DNA of 64,000 bases from Candidatus Kapaibacterium sp. (GCA_026418625.1 JAOABA010000015.1:11017-75016); one strand, 5' to 3'. Shown: positions 39,558-51,300, counted from the stretch's first letter. Notes: generated by a model not told the origin, from the sequence alone. Translations and numbers: made by a program.

Positions 39558-40733
39558 TTATTTTATTTTTACAAATAAAAAATAAACAGAACAAAGAAAA
39601 GCAACAATACCCGATAGCAAAAATGGCGCTGTCGGGTTAATTGCTGACCATAAAATTCCTGCTATAGAGCTTGCCAATAACGTGGCAAGGCTTTGAAAAC
39701 TTGTCAGGAAACCAATTGCTGTTGCAGTTTCTTCTTTACTTGCTATATTTGATATTAATGCCTTTGAGTTACCTTCTATTGCAGATATTGCTATTCCATA
39801 AACTGAAAATAATAAATAATATAACCACTCTGAACTAACAAAAGGAATAAAAATATATACAATACTGAACAAAAAGATACCCAGAATAAGGCTGTTTTTC
39901 AATTTAATTTTATCTCCAAGCCAACCCATCGGTGCTGAAAATAATGCATAAACTAAATTGTAAAATATATACAGAGTAATAACGGTTGAATCTGATAACC
40001 CGTGATGTTTGACTAATAACAACAAAAACATATCCGAGCTATTTATAGCCGTGAATACAATTAGTCCAATGACTGTTTTCTTGAAATTTTTTGATGATTT
40101 TTTCCAATATGATAAAAATTCCAAAAATTTAGTTTTTGTATGATTATTCGTTATTTCTATTGACTTTTTGTCCTTTAAAAAAAATGTAAATAAAATTCCT
40201 ATCAACCCGGGAATAAAAGCCAAAATAAATAAAGTAACATAATTTTCAGGATAATAATAAAGATAAATTAAAGCTAATATTGGTCCAATAGCAGCTCCTA
40301 AGGTATCGAATGCCCTATGAAAACCAAACACTCTCCCTTTAAATTCCTTTGTTGTTTCAGAGGAAAGAATAGCATCTCTTGCTGCAGTTCTTACTCCTTT
40401 ACCAAGCCTATCCATTGTTCTCAAGAAGAAAACTATTACAGGAGTTGCAAAAAGCCCTATTAAAGGTTTGGAAATGGAACTTAAAGTATAACCAATTCTC
40501 ACAAAGGGGACCCTTTTTCCAATTTTGTCGGACATTCTGCCAAAATATCCTTTTGAAAAACCAGCTATTGCTTCCGCAAAACCCTCCAAAATTCCAATCC
40601 ATAAAACTGAGAACCCGATACTTTTCAAAAACATCGGTAATATTGGATAAAGCATCTCACTCGATATGTCAGTCATCATACTGATGATTGAAAGAATAAC
40701 AATAGTTTTTGTTAAGTATTTCATAACATTCAC
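39558..40733 (-). CDS. MFS transporter
   Basis: About 12 hydrophobic segments, GRMSDKIGKR motif A and DRLGKGVRTAARDA. Confidence 0.92.
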   Translation of the reverse strand: MNVMKYLTKTIVILSIISMMTDISSEMLYPILPMFLKSIGFSVLWIGILEGFAEAIAGFSKGYFGRMSDKIGKRVPFVRIGYTLSSISKPLIGLFATPVIVFFLRTMDRLGKGVRTAARDAILSSETTKEFKGRVFGFHRAFDTLGAAIGPILALIYLYYYPENYVTLFILAFIPGLIGILFTFFLKDKKSIEITNNHTKTKFLEFLSYWKKSSKNFKKTVIGLIVFTAINSSDMFLLLLVKHHGLSDSTVITLYIFYNLVYALFSAPMGWLGDKIKLKNSLILGIFLFSIVYIFIPFVSSEWLYYLLFSVYGIAISAIEGNSKALISNIASKEETATAIGFLTSFQSLATLLASSIAGILWSAINPTAPFLLSGIVAFLCSVYFLFVKIK

Positions 40734-40789
40734 AAAAATTTGTAATTTGTGTGTTCAACTTACAAATAATTATAATATAAAACAGAAAA

Positions 40790-41329
40790 ATGAAAAGACC
40801 GGATTGGGATCAATTATATATTACTATGTGCTATCTCGTTGGGATGAGAAGCAGAGACGACAAAACACACGTTGGTTCAGTTATTGTAGACCCTGACAAT
40901 GTTCTTGTTTCGACTGGTTATAATTCTCTACCCCGTAATATTGAAATTGATAAAGACTCATCAAGACTTTCAAGGGAAGGTGGGGAAAAATATTATTGGA
41001 TTGAACACGCTGAGAGAAACGCCATTTATAATGCTGCAAGACGTGGGACAGTCCTAAAAGGTTGTAAAATTTATGTCCCTTGGCTCCCTTGTGCTGATTG
41101 TGCAAGAGCAATCATTCAAACGGGTATTTCTGAGGTAATTATTCATAGAAATGGGCAGGATTTTTATGATCAGCATACTAACGGCAAATGGGTTGATTCA
41201 CACAAACGAACTACAGATATGTTCCTCGAAGCTGGTGTCAGGCTCAGATATGTAACTTGCAACGTTGTTGTTCCGGAAATTTATATGAATGGACAAATTC
41301 ACGATGCTGTAGAGTTTTTGAACAAGTAA
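40790..41329 (+). CDS. dCMP deaminase family protein
   Basis: STGYN, HAERNAI and PCADC zinc motifs. Confidence 0.9.
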   Translation: MKRPDWDQLYITMCYLVGMRSRDDKTHVGSVIVDPDNVLVSTGYNSLPRNIEIDKDSSRLSREGGEKYYWIEHAERNAIYNAARRGTVLKGCKIYVPWLPCADCARAIIQTGISEVIIHRNGQDFYDQHTNGKWVDSHKRTTDMFLEAGVRLRYVTCNVVVPEIYMNGQIHDAVEFLNK

Positions 41330-41334
41330 TATCA

Positions 41335-42339
41335 TTACTTTTCAATTAATTCAATAGCTGTAAAAAGAACTTTATCAAAATTAATTAAATTCATATCGTC
41401 CTGATTATTTTTTCCTTTTGAATCTGGTGTAACGCAGACTGAGTCCTTTGAATATGGTCCCCATCTTTTTGGACTTAGATGCGGTGAATTTGGATATAAA
41501 CCAAGAACCTTAATGCCTAAAGCAGCCGCAATATGAACTACCCCAGTAGAGTTTGCTACTAATAATTTTGAAAAGCTAATCAGCGTTATTAATTCTTCAA
41601 GGGTTAATTGAGAGCATAAATTTATAGACGTTTCTGAAATTATCGAAACAATATTGCATTTAGGTTCATCTAATTTGTTTCCGGTTATCACGATTTTTAA
41701 GCCAGTTCTCTCAAATATTTTCTTTGCCAAGCTTCCAAAATTTTCAGCTTTCCACTCATAAGCCGAACCCCCGCTTCCCGGATGGATGATGATAAAATTT
41801 TCTGGAGTTAAATTGTGTTTTTTTAATAAGGTTTCAATTGTTCTTTTATCGCTGTCATTAATATTTGGTTTTACTAATTCTGTTTTTAATTTTTTTTCAG
41901 TGAGATTTTCAATCATATTGACATTATATTCTGCTTCGTGCATTTCTGCTGTTTTCCGGTGTGAATAAATTTTAAAGTTAAATAAAAAGGAATACCAGCG
42001 ATAGGCTGAGCCAACTCTAAGTTTTTGTCCTGTTAGAAAAGCACTTAGGCATTCATTGAATCTCGGTCTTGGAAAAAAAACGACATCAAATTTTTCATTA
42101 TTAAATATTCCATTTATTCCATCATTGAAATCCTCTAAAAAAAACTTCTTATCAATACATTTGAGATTTTCAAGTAAAGGTTTTGTATATTTAGAAGAAA
42201 TGAGAGTAATGTACTTATCGGGAAATGTTTCTTTGATTGCTTTAGCCATAGGTAAGGTTAGAACCATATCACCTAACTTATCAGTTCTTACAATGGCTAT
42301 TTTTTTTGAATTAAAAAAAAACTCCCTTTTATCTTTCAT
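41335..42339 (-). CDS. Glycosyltransferase family 9 (LPS heptosyltransferase-like)
   Basis: RTDKLGDMVLTLP, IHPGSGG...W, NSTGVVHIAAALG, RWGP. Confidence 0.9.
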   Translation of the reverse strand: MKDKREFFFNSKKIAIVRTDKLGDMVLTLPMAKAIKETFPDKYITLISSKYTKPLLENLKCIDKKFFLEDFNDGINGIFNNEKFDVVFFPRPRFNECLSAFLTGQKLRVGSAYRWYSFLFNFKIYSHRKTAEMHEAEYNVNMIENLTEKKLKTELVKPNINDSDKRTIETLLKKHNLTPENFIIIHPGSGGSAYEWKAENFGSLAKKIFERTGLKIVITGNKLDEPKCNIVSIISETSINLCSQLTLEELITLISFSKLLVANSTGVVHIAAALGIKVLGLYPNSPHLSPKRWGPYSKDSVCVTPDSKGKNNQDDMNLINFDKVLFTAIELIEK

Positions 42340-42412
42340 AATAAAATATTTGATTATTCTTTTTTATAATTTGCATTATGTTCCAGAAAAAATTACAAAA
42401 AAGATATTACAA

Positions 42413-43279
42413 ATGAGAAGATTGGTTCACATATTTTTCATAACCTCTATAATTGGATTGATTTCAATCAGTCTATTAGGTGGAAATAGCGTCTCTTCTC
42501 ATTTAATAAATAAAAATATTCACAACAAAAATGTGTTTTTCCCTTACCTTCCCCAGCAGGACACTATTTATGTTCTTGGAGATACATATATTGAAGTCTG
42601 TATTAAAAGGCAATATGCTTTCTTGTATCAAAGGAATGATTCAATATTCAAATTTAGAATATCATCTGGAACCTCAAAAATTAAAGAAGGTTTAGACACA
42701 CCACCGGGGCTTTTCACAGTGCAGAATAAAACGCCATTAGCAATTTCAAAACAATTCAATAATGCAGAGCTTTTTAATTGGATTGGCTTTCGAGGTAATA
42801 TTGGCTTTCACGGATTAAAAGGTTCAGGATATTACGGTCATCTTGGATTTAGACCTTCATCTCACGGATGTATTCGTATTTCAAGAGAAGATGGTGATTT
42901 TTTGTATAAAAAAGTTAAAGTGGGGACTCCAGTTCTTGTTTATGAAACAGAGCCAGCTATAACCCTTAGTTTTGCTAACTTGGATGATTTTGATTATACC
43001 GAAGATGAAATCATTGACCGCAGCGATGCATATTTTAAAAATTTAATGAATTTTAGGATTAATAATTTATATTCTGGTTCGGCATACAGGCTCAATCAAG
43101 GTAGAGTATTTCTTGATGGAAAGGTTGCTCTTAGGGTTGGTGGACTGCCAATCGGTGAAAAATCCAAAATTGCTAAATTTCAAAAAATTCCAGTCCTGTT
43201 CGAAAGACACTTTTTTGCTTACGACAAATTAAGGACAAATTTCAAATTGACACATCAAGATTCTTTAATCAAAAATTAA
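42413..43279 (+). CDS. L,D-transpeptidase (YkuD) family protein
   Basis: ISSG, TPPG.F, IGFHG and the SHGCIR catalytic motif. Start moved to MRRLVHIFF (signal-like), because the ORF-track start overlaps the opposite-strand GT9 gene. Confidence 0.85.
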   Translation: MRRLVHIFFITSIIGLISISLLGGNSVSSHLINKNIHNKNVFFPYLPQQDTIYVLGDTYIEVCIKRQYAFLYQRNDSIFKFRISSGTSKIKEGLDTPPGLFTVQNKTPLAISKQFNNAELFNWIGFRGNIGFHGLKGSGYYGHLGFRPSSHGCIRISREDGDFLYKKVKVGTPVLVYETEPAITLSFANLDDFDYTEDEIIDRSDAYFKNLMNFRINNLYSGSAYRLNQGRVFLDGKVALRVGGLPIGEKSKIAKFQKIPVLFERHFFAYDKLRTNFKLTHQDSLIKN

Positions 43280-43297
43280 GAGATTAGTTTGTTTAAA

Positions 43298-44443
43298 TCA
43301 ATATCCTGTTAATTCAACATAGCCTTTACCACTTATGTCTTTTCCTTTGAATTTCCCTTTCAATCGGACTGCGCCTTCCCAATAGCGGAATGAATGTTGA
43401 TGTTCTTGATTTTTAATGAAAGGCTCTATTTCGAGCTTTATTTCCTTTTTGGGAATATTTATTATCCAACCGGAAGGATATTTCCTTCCATCAGGGCTTT
43501 TCCAATAGTCAGTTACTGAAAGTTGAACTTGACCAGCTATAATCCTGTCATAAGTTCCCTGAGGATTTACTATTGTTCCGCTGCTGAATTCATCAAACGA
43601 GCCATCTTTTTTTCTTAAAGCATAGAACATAATTTCGTAATCATTATCCAACTGCAAGGAAAACCAATCCCAACCAATCTGATTTGTATCCAAAGAACTT
43701 GTGCTCCATTCTCTATCGAACCAAGAATAACCATTTAATTTGAAATCCTGCCCTTTAACCTTTATTTTTCCAGTTGTTTTTAGTTTAGTAATGGAAAAAT
43801 AATAAGATGCATTTCCCTTTGTTCCGCTCTTTTGGCTTAATCCTTCATTTCCCTGAAGCACGATTGGTTTTTGGCTTACGAGCGAAAGAGACATTTCTAT
43901 ATCATCAGCAAAAGCATATATTTCAAAATCTGTTTGTTTTGTCAAGGGGTTATAATTAAAGTTAAAATAGAAATTTTCAACATTTATTTTATTTTGAGAA
44001 GAATCGAAAGTCGCCAGTGGGTTCAAAGCTCTTGAAATTTTCTCGAAGGAATAGAACTTGCTTTCTGAAATATCGGTTATAGCAAAATGACACATATAAA
44101 TATCACTACTCTCCCAGTTTTTCATCGGATAAAGAGCTTTAAAAAGCGAATTTCTGAAAATAGTGAACTGATAACCGAACTGCCGCCCATTTTCAGCTTC
44201 AAGATTACCGGTAAAATACCACCATTCATTTCGGAAGTCAGGCTTAGGATAAAAATCTTCAGGGAATTTAAAAACCCTCTTGTCTATTGCTTTTTTGAAG
44301 ATAGTATCATTGTTTCCCGTTAAGACGGAAGTAATCTCGATGAAACTACTTTTACTATCTTTAGCCTTATTTTCATTATTAAAATACAAAATAACGATAG
44401 AAGCCAGAATCATTGCTAAAATTATAATGATAATCCTTAACAT
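43298..44443 (-). CDS. AttH / CrtC-like lipocalin-domain protein
   Basis: EWWYFTGNL, GYQFTIFR, SYYFS, WFDREWS, GWDWFSLQL, YWEG, GYVELTGY. Confidence 0.88.
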   Translation of the reverse strand: MLRIIIIILAMILASIVILYFNNENKAKDSKSSFIEITSVLTGNNDTIFKKAIDKRVFKFPEDFYPKPDFRNEWWYFTGNLEAENGRQFGYQFTIFRNSLFKALYPMKNWESSDIYMCHFAITDISESKFYSFEKISRALNPLATFDSSQNKINVENFYFNFNYNPLTKQTDFEIYAFADDIEMSLSLVSQKPIVLQGNEGLSQKSGTKGNASYYFSITKLKTTGKIKVKGQDFKLNGYSWFDREWSTSSLDTNQIGWDWFSLQLDNDYEIMFYALRKKDGSFDEFSSGTIVNPQGTYDRIIAGQVQLSVTDYWKSPDGRKYPSGWIINIPKKEIKLEIEPFIKNQEHQHSFRYWEGAVRLKGKFKGKDISGKGYVELTGY

Positions 44444-44445
44444 AT

Positions 44446-46983
44446 TTATTCCTCCCTCAGAGCAATTGATGGAGAAATTCGGGACATTTTGTAAGCAGGA
44501 TAAATCGAAGCGAGAATTGCTGATATTATGCCAACCAAAACAGCTTCAATCAATAATTCAGGTATAATATTGAATTGCAAAGTCCAGCCGAATGACCTTT
44601 TATTGATTACATAGATAAGCACCAATGCTAAGATATTTCCCAGAGGAATAGATAAAATTCCAGCAATCAAGCCCATAATCCCCGTTTGGAGATTTAAATA
44701 TTTCCAAATATCCCTTGGTGTCATCCCGTTTGCCCTGTAAATAGCAATTTCCTTTGTTCTTTCAAGCTGTAGCGACATTAGAGCTGACAAAACACCAATG
44801 AAAGCTACTATTATCGCAAGAATCTGCAGAACATTTGTTACAATAAAAGTTCTGTCGAATACCTCAATAGATGATTTGAGCAAGTCTTTGTTCGATCTGA
44901 CAATTATCTCTTGGTCTGTCCCGACTAAATTGCGGATCTTATTTATTGTCTCTTGCACATCATAACCTTCCTTGAGAAATACTCCTAAACCTGATAGTTT
45001 CCTATCATCCCAGAATTTTCGGTAAGTTTCTATCTCCATAAAGATCAAGCCAATATCCGAGCCATAGTCATAGTGAACACCTGCAATTCTGAATTTTTTC
45101 ATTCCCTTGTCTGTCAATACATCTACTGAATCGCCAACACCCTTGTTTGTCCTATATGAATAAGGTTCAGTAACCATTACTTCGCCCTGTTTTAGTTTAG
45201 TCCATATTTGCTTTGGATCTCCTTCTTTGAAAACATACATTGACGAAGGATCTTCGGGAAAGCTGCTTCCGATAAGGTGAATCATATTATTTCCTTCAGT
45301 GATTCTCAATTCCCTGTAAAGAGTTAAATTTTTGACTTCGGGCAATTTTTCAAGTAATGTGTCAAGTCCATCGGGAATTGTTGCATCATTAAATCTTGAA
45401 ATTAATGTTGGAACTGAGATATAGATGTCTTTTTGAAGCCTTGTTTCGAGCCAGTTCACAACTGTTATCCTGAAGCTATTAACCATTGTTCCAACTCCTA
45501 TGGCTGCTGCAAGAGAAATTGCAAGGGCTGATATGGCAATACCTATTCTACTTAGTGAATTTGCTAAACCTTTAGAAGCCATCGCTCCAATAACTCCGAA
45601 TACTCTTTTGGCGAGTGGCTTTATGATATTAGTAAAAAATATTACCAAAGCAGGTGTGAACATAGTAAAGCCAACCATCAAGGGAAGCACCCCGATAAAG
45701 CTTAATAAAACATTTTTTCCTGAAACAGCGAAAATCAAAATTGAAAGTCCTATTGAGGCAAGTCCATAAAGTATGAGAATAAATCTCTTACGTTTATATT
45801 CACTCTCCACAAAAGAGCGAAGAACAACAAGCCTTGGCGGTGTTTTGGTTGACTCATAAGCTGGTTTGAGAGCTGAAATAACAGTGGCAAGAATCCCAAG
45901 GAAGACTGTCTTCAAAATTGTTTCCTGCGAGACATAGATATCACGAACGGTAATAACAAAATAAAGGTCGTTGATTGATTGAGTAACCAAGCCAAGCAAA
46001 TAGTTTCCCAATAAAATACCAAGGAATATGCCAATAATTGTTCCAATCAATCCAATAGCTAAGGACTCAAGCATAACAGTAGTAAAAATTTCCCTCCTTG
46101 TAATGCCCAATGACCTTAATAATCCGATATGCTTTCTTCGCTGAACAACCGAAAAAGTCATTGTATTATAAATCAAGAACATACCAACAATCAGAGCAAG
46201 AAGGCTCATTGCTGTCAAATTCAAATTGAAAGCTGAAATCATCTGAGTTGATATTTTTGTTCTTGTTTCCGACCTTGTTAGCTGAACATTTTCGGGTAGC
46301 ATTTCAGCTATTTCTTTTTCATCATATTTTGATTTGTCATCAATTATAAGGTCAATCCTCGATAAAAGCGAATCCATCAAAAAAATCCGCTTAGCAGTCG
46401 AAATATCAGTAATAGCCAAAGATTCATACTTTTTTGGGTTATTCTTATCCTTCAAAATGCCCACAATATTCAAAATAAAATATTCTCCGCCGTGCTTGAC
46501 TTTCAAGGTGTCGTCAATTGATTTTCCGGTCTGCTGAGAGAATGAATAAGATACAAGGACAGAATTCGGAACAGAGAGCAGCTTCCCATAAATCTCTCCG
46601 ATAGGAACATCTGCATTATCAATAAAATCCCGAAAATCTTTTTCTGCAAAAACATCAACTCCAAGCAGGTTCAATGTAAATGGGGGATTTGTTTGTGTAA
46701 TGATATTCTGCTCTACAACTGGTGCAATTTTGTCCAGTTTTCTATTTAATTTCAGATAATAATAAATAGAGTCAGGTATTCCTGCAGGTGAACCGTGAAT
46801 TATTTGAGTTGTTTTTCCCGTAATTCCATCCATTGACATTTCGAAAGCCTTCATTGCACTATTGCTCGAAATATCAATAGAAATAACGACAGCAACACCA
46901 ATAGCCACACCAATAATCGAAAGGACTAATTGAATCGGGTGTTTCAAAAGATATCTGAGGCTCGATTTTTCGTGTTGCTTCAT
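44446..46983 (-). CDS. FtsX/MacB-like double-domain ABC permease (AttF/G-like)
   Basis: Two permease halves (SVVQRRKHIGLLRSLG and ERTKEIAIYRANG). Confidence 0.9.
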   Translation of the reverse strand: MKQHEKSSLRYLLKHPIQLVLSIIGVAIGVAVVISIDISSNSAMKAFEMSMDGITGKTTQIIHGSPAGIPDSIYYYLKLNRKLDKIAPVVEQNIITQTNPPFTLNLLGVDVFAEKDFRDFIDNADVPIGEIYGKLLSVPNSVLVSYSFSQQTGKSIDDTLKVKHGGEYFILNIVGILKDKNNPKKYESLAITDISTAKRIFLMDSLLSRIDLIIDDKSKYDEKEIAEMLPENVQLTRSETRTKISTQMISAFNLNLTAMSLLALIVGMFLIYNTMTFSVVQRRKHIGLLRSLGITRREIFTTVMLESLAIGLIGTIIGIFLGILLGNYLLGLVTQSINDLYFVITVRDIYVSQETILKTVFLGILATVISALKPAYESTKTPPRLVVLRSFVESEYKRKRFILILYGLASIGLSILIFAVSGKNVLLSFIGVLPLMVGFTMFTPALVIFFTNIIKPLAKRVFGVIGAMASKGLANSLSRIGIAISALAISLAAAIGVGTMVNSFRITVVNWLETRLQKDIYISVPTLISRFNDATIPDGLDTLLEKLPEVKNLTLYRELRITEGNNMIHLIGSSFPEDPSSMYVFKEGDPKQIWTKLKQGEVMVTEPYSYRTNKGVGDSVDVLTDKGMKKFRIAGVHYDYGSDIGLIFMEIETYRKFWDDRKLSGLGVFLKEGYDVQETINKIRNLVGTDQEIIVRSNKDLLKSSIEVFDRTFIVTNVLQILAIIVAFIGVLSALMSLQLERTKEIAIYRANGMTPRDIWKYLNLQTGIMGLIAGILSIPLGNILALVLIYVINKRSFGWTLQFNIIPELLIEAVLVGIISAILASIYPAYKMSRISPSIALREE

Positions 46984-46987
46984 TTTT

Positions 46988-47674
46988 TTAATTTGGGTTA
47001 AGTGTTTGAATTGAGCCGTCCTTTATTTGCAGGATTCTGTCTGCTATTCCAATCACTTCACGGCTGTGAGTAGCCATTATGAGTGTCTTATTATTCTTCC
47101 TTACGAGGTTGTCCAAAAGATTTATTACTGCTTTGCCGTTCTCGTAATCAAGATTACCGGTTGGTTCATCGGCAAGAATAATATCCGGATTATGAATCAA
47201 AGCTCTTGCAATGGCAATTCTTTGCTGCTCTCCTCCAGAAAGTATATCTGGATAGCTTTTCCATCGGCTCAACAAACCAACTTCTTCGAGCAATTCATTA
47301 GCTTTTTCTTTAAATCCATTTGTATTTTTGAAGTTTAATTCATAAGGAAGAAGCAAGTTTTCTTCAACTGTCAGCGTTGGAATTAAATTGAAAAACTGGA
47401 ATATAAAACCAATTTTTTTTCTTCGATATAACGTTCGGTTATGTTCTGATTGCTCGGTTATTTTCAAATCATCAACTATTATTTCACCTTTGTCGGGCAA
47501 ATCAATTCCACTAATCAGGTTTAAAAGAGTGGATTTTCCCGAGCCGCTCTTTCCAAGCAAAATTACAATCTCGCCTTGGCTGAGACTTAGGTTTATCCCT
47601 TTCAGGACATCATAGACAGAGAGACCTTCCTTATATGATTTATGAATGTTGATAAGCTCAATTTTAAAACTCAT
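46988..47674 (-). CDS. ABC transporter ATP-binding protein (LolD/AttE-like)
   Basis: GKSGSGKST, LSGGEQQR, ILADEPTGNLD. Confidence 0.95.
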   Translation of the reverse strand: MSFKIELINIHKSYKEGLSVYDVLKGINLSLSQGEIVILLGKSGSGKSTLLNLISGIDLPDKGEIIVDDLKITEQSEHNRTLYRRKKIGFIFQFFNLIPTLTVEENLLLPYELNFKNTNGFKEKANELLEEVGLLSRWKSYPDILSGGEQQRIAIARALIHNPDIILADEPTGNLDYENGKAVINLLDNLVRKNNKTLIMATHSREVIGIADRILQIKDGSIQTLNPN

Positions 47675-48118
47675 TTTTACTGGATTTCATTAAAATTTTA
47701 CTGAAACGAAATATAAACTCTTTTGTTGAAAATGGTAAAATTAGTAAATTGAAAATCTAAATATTATCGGATAAAATTAATATTACTTAATAATTGTTAA
47801 GAAAAATTAGTTTGTTTTTTTCGAAAAAGATTTATAAGTTTTAGTGAACTAAAAAATATTTTTTAGTTAATGTTGTTTAATTTACTTGATTATATTTACC
47901 TGAATATTTTTGATATCCTTGTAAATTCAATGTTTACAAAATTTTATCAAAAAAGTAAAGCAATATTAGTCAAGAAAATGGAGGAAAATGGAGGTTTTTA
48001 GAAAAAATAATCTTTTTTATTTTAGAACCTCATTATAATAGAATTTTTAAGTTTTTACTTTATTTTTTGAATTATATACTTATGAAATTAATGTTACAAG
48101 CAAAAAATACCGGTTCAG

Positions 48119-48161
48119 ATACAAGGAAAAAGGTATTTTCAATATACCAAAAATCTGGTAT
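48119..48161. promoter_or_regulatory. Tandem palindromic operator-like sites ATAC(A/C)-N8-GGTAT
   Basis: ATACA-N8-GGTAT at 48119-48136 and ATACC-N8-GGTAT at 48144-48161, upstream of the T9SS cargo gene. Confidence 0.4.
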
Positions 48162-48302
48162 TTCCCAGTTAATACTGCAATTATATTTTTGCACTTGTAA
48201 TTAATTTGATTTCATAAGTTATTCTCAGTTGAAAAAATGTTTATAATAAAAAACAAAGGATTGAAAAACAATTTGTTCAATATTCAACAAAGGAGTGACT
48301 TT

Positions 48303-51300
48303 ATGAAAAAACAAATATCTCATCTACTTCTTTTACTGACGGTTTTTTTAGTCAGTGCAGGAAGTATATTCGCAACAACATATTATGTTGACGGCACAAC
48401 TGGAAATGATGCCAATGACGGTTTAACTCCAGCTACTGCGTTCGCGACAATTCAATATGCCATAAATACTGCAAGCAACGGAGATGTTATTCAAGTTGCT
48501 GCTGCTACTTATAATGAAGACTTAACGGTCAATAAGCAATTACAGATAATTGGTGCCAACAAATCAACAACTATAATTGATGGTGCTAATCCTACAACAA
48601 TAGTTGTTGACATCACAAGCTCAAATGTGGTAATCAAGAATTTTACAATTCAAAACATAATTAGAACAACTGGTGGTGTTAATAAAAATCTAATTAAAAT
48701 CGCTCCGGGATTATCTTACATAACTATTGAGAACAATCTTATAGGTCCAAACTCAAATTCAAGTTTTTCGATTGACTATAATATCTCACAAGCCGATAAT
48801 ATTTACATTGATGCCTCCACAGCAGTCTCACACATTACCATTAAAGACAATGAAATTTTCTCTGCTTATGGAAATGGTAGTGGTATAATGATTTATGCTC
48901 CTTATAATTCAGGTGTTGGTGGTGCCTCTCATTTCACAATTGATGCTAATTTGGTTTATGATAATGCCAGAAATGGTGTCGAAATTCAAGGTGAATTTAA
49001 TAGTTCTTGTATAACTGAAAATAAGATTTATGGTAACGCATACATTAGGTCACCTTATAACATCACTGGAACAAGATACGGTAATGGACTTGTTATGATG
49101 CAAGTCAACGGACATAGTGGAGCAACAAATGGTTTCTATGATGTTTGCATAGATTTAAACAGCTTTTTCTATAATTACCACTCAGGTTTTTACATTTATG
49201 GTAAAATGAATAACATTGACTTTGTCAATAATGACTCTTGGGGTAATACCGATGGAGCCGTATTTAATGTTGACGCAAATCAATGGGTTCATCCTTTTCG
49301 TCCTCTTTCATCAACAACAGATGATAATTTAACTGATGTTGTTGCTAAAGATAATTTATTCTATGCAAACGCTCGCTTTGGAATGTATAATACTTCAAGC
49401 TACGTCATAAATGCCGAAAGATGCTATTGGGAAGAACCACCACACTATATTTTAGGTGGACAAAATTCAAACAGAGCGGGACATACATATTCGTGGGGTC
49501 CACAAGTTGCAAGAGGATCTTTTACTGACGATGGTTCACCCTTCGATGGAACTTGGCTTGATGGAGGAAGGGATTATTTCTTACCTAATGATGCAACTCC
49601 AAATAATTTCGGTGCTGATGAATCCGATGTTGATGCCTATACATCAACAATTTGGGGAAAAATTGACTTTTCACCTTATGTAACTGATATGAATTCCGCC
49701 TCGACTTGGGCTTCTTTAACACTCAGAAACATTACAGTTGATAATGCTAATGTTTCGATGCCAAATCCACCATATTCATTGGGTATTCATAACGAATTCG
49801 ATAATATTCAAAATGCTATTGATGCCGCACAGGAAGGCGATATCATCGAGGTAGTTGATAATGGAACAGGCTTTGATTATGCCGAAAATATCGTCATTGA
49901 TAAAGGCTTAACAATTAAAGCCAAAAATGGTTCACCAGTTTTAAAACCAAGTAGTGGTGTTAATATCACATCGACAACAGCTTCAAACAGTGCAGTTATC
50001 GGACTAAAAATTGTTAGAAACACTTCTCCAACAACAAATATGTTTGGAGTTGCTACAAATACCGGTAATGTTCAGACCTGCGGTAGCACATATTGGAACG
50101 GAGCAACACAGCTCTTTACATATTCTTCAATTGATCCATTCGTAGAGGATGGTGATAATAACGCACCAGTTGGAAATAACAACAGCACAAATGATAATAA
50201 CACACTGGGTATATTTATTATTTGCACTAATCCTCCACAAAATAATCTTGTTCTTTGGCTCGATGCAACTCAAATGGGATATAGTCTAAGTGATGGACAA
50301 CAGCTTGCTTTAGCACCTCCAGCAAGTTTTGCTTGGGAAGATCAAGCTGGAAATAATGACCGTGCTATGCAGGGTAACAATAATATGCGTCCAACTTATA
50401 ACACTAATATTATTAACAGCTTACCAGCAGTCAGATTCACCAAGACAAGTAGTCCATTTACATCCAAATATTTATGGATTGATTATAATTCATCGAGCAA
50501 CAGACCAAATGCTCTTACTGATAAAATGTTATTTGTTCTTTTCAAAACTCCATCGAGTATCACTGGAACTGATCCTCAAATGGTTTTTGAATTAGGTGGA
50601 GTAACAAGCGGTATGAATGCCTATATACTTCCCGGAACTCCTCCAAAAATCGGCTTAGGTATTTGGAGAACTACCACTCCAATTCAGAGAAGATATTTCG
50701 AATTTAACGCTGCTACTAACACCGTCTATTTAGCAAGAGCTTACTATGATGGAACAAACTTCCAGGCATTCTTAAACGGTTCATCTTCAAGCACAATTTC
50801 TTTTGCTGGTCTAACAGCGGATGCTTTCAGCTCTCGAACTGGTGTTGGTGCAGCTGTCAATGGAACAAGATATTCTTGGGGTTCATTTAATATGACTCAA
50901 GGTCATCATTTTGATGGTTATTTAGGTGAAGTTCTTTTATATAATGATTATGATGCAACAGATTGGTCTGATGCAAAGAATTACCTTGGTGCAAAATGGG
51001 GACTTAGCGGTTACTTCTTCTTCCCAAGAAATGATGGTTGGGAACTCATCAGCGAAGATTCTGATTTGAGCGGTGATGTTCAACTAATCCCAGCTTATCC
51101 AAACCCATTCTCAACTTCAACATCATTTGACTTTGCTGTTGCAGAGACTCAAAATGTAACTGTTGAGCTATATGATGCTCTTGGTCAAAAAGTTGGAACC
51201 TTGTTCTCTGGTGTAGTGAATAAAAATGAAGTAAATACTATAAATATTGACGGAACAAACTTATCATCCGGTTTATACGTTTATAGAATTCTTGGTGAAA

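Noticed and set aside
42056-42412. N-terminal 119 aa of the 407-aa ORF
   Set aside because: It overlaps the opposite-strand GT9 gene. A signal-peptide-like start at 42413 fits the L,D-transpeptidase better.
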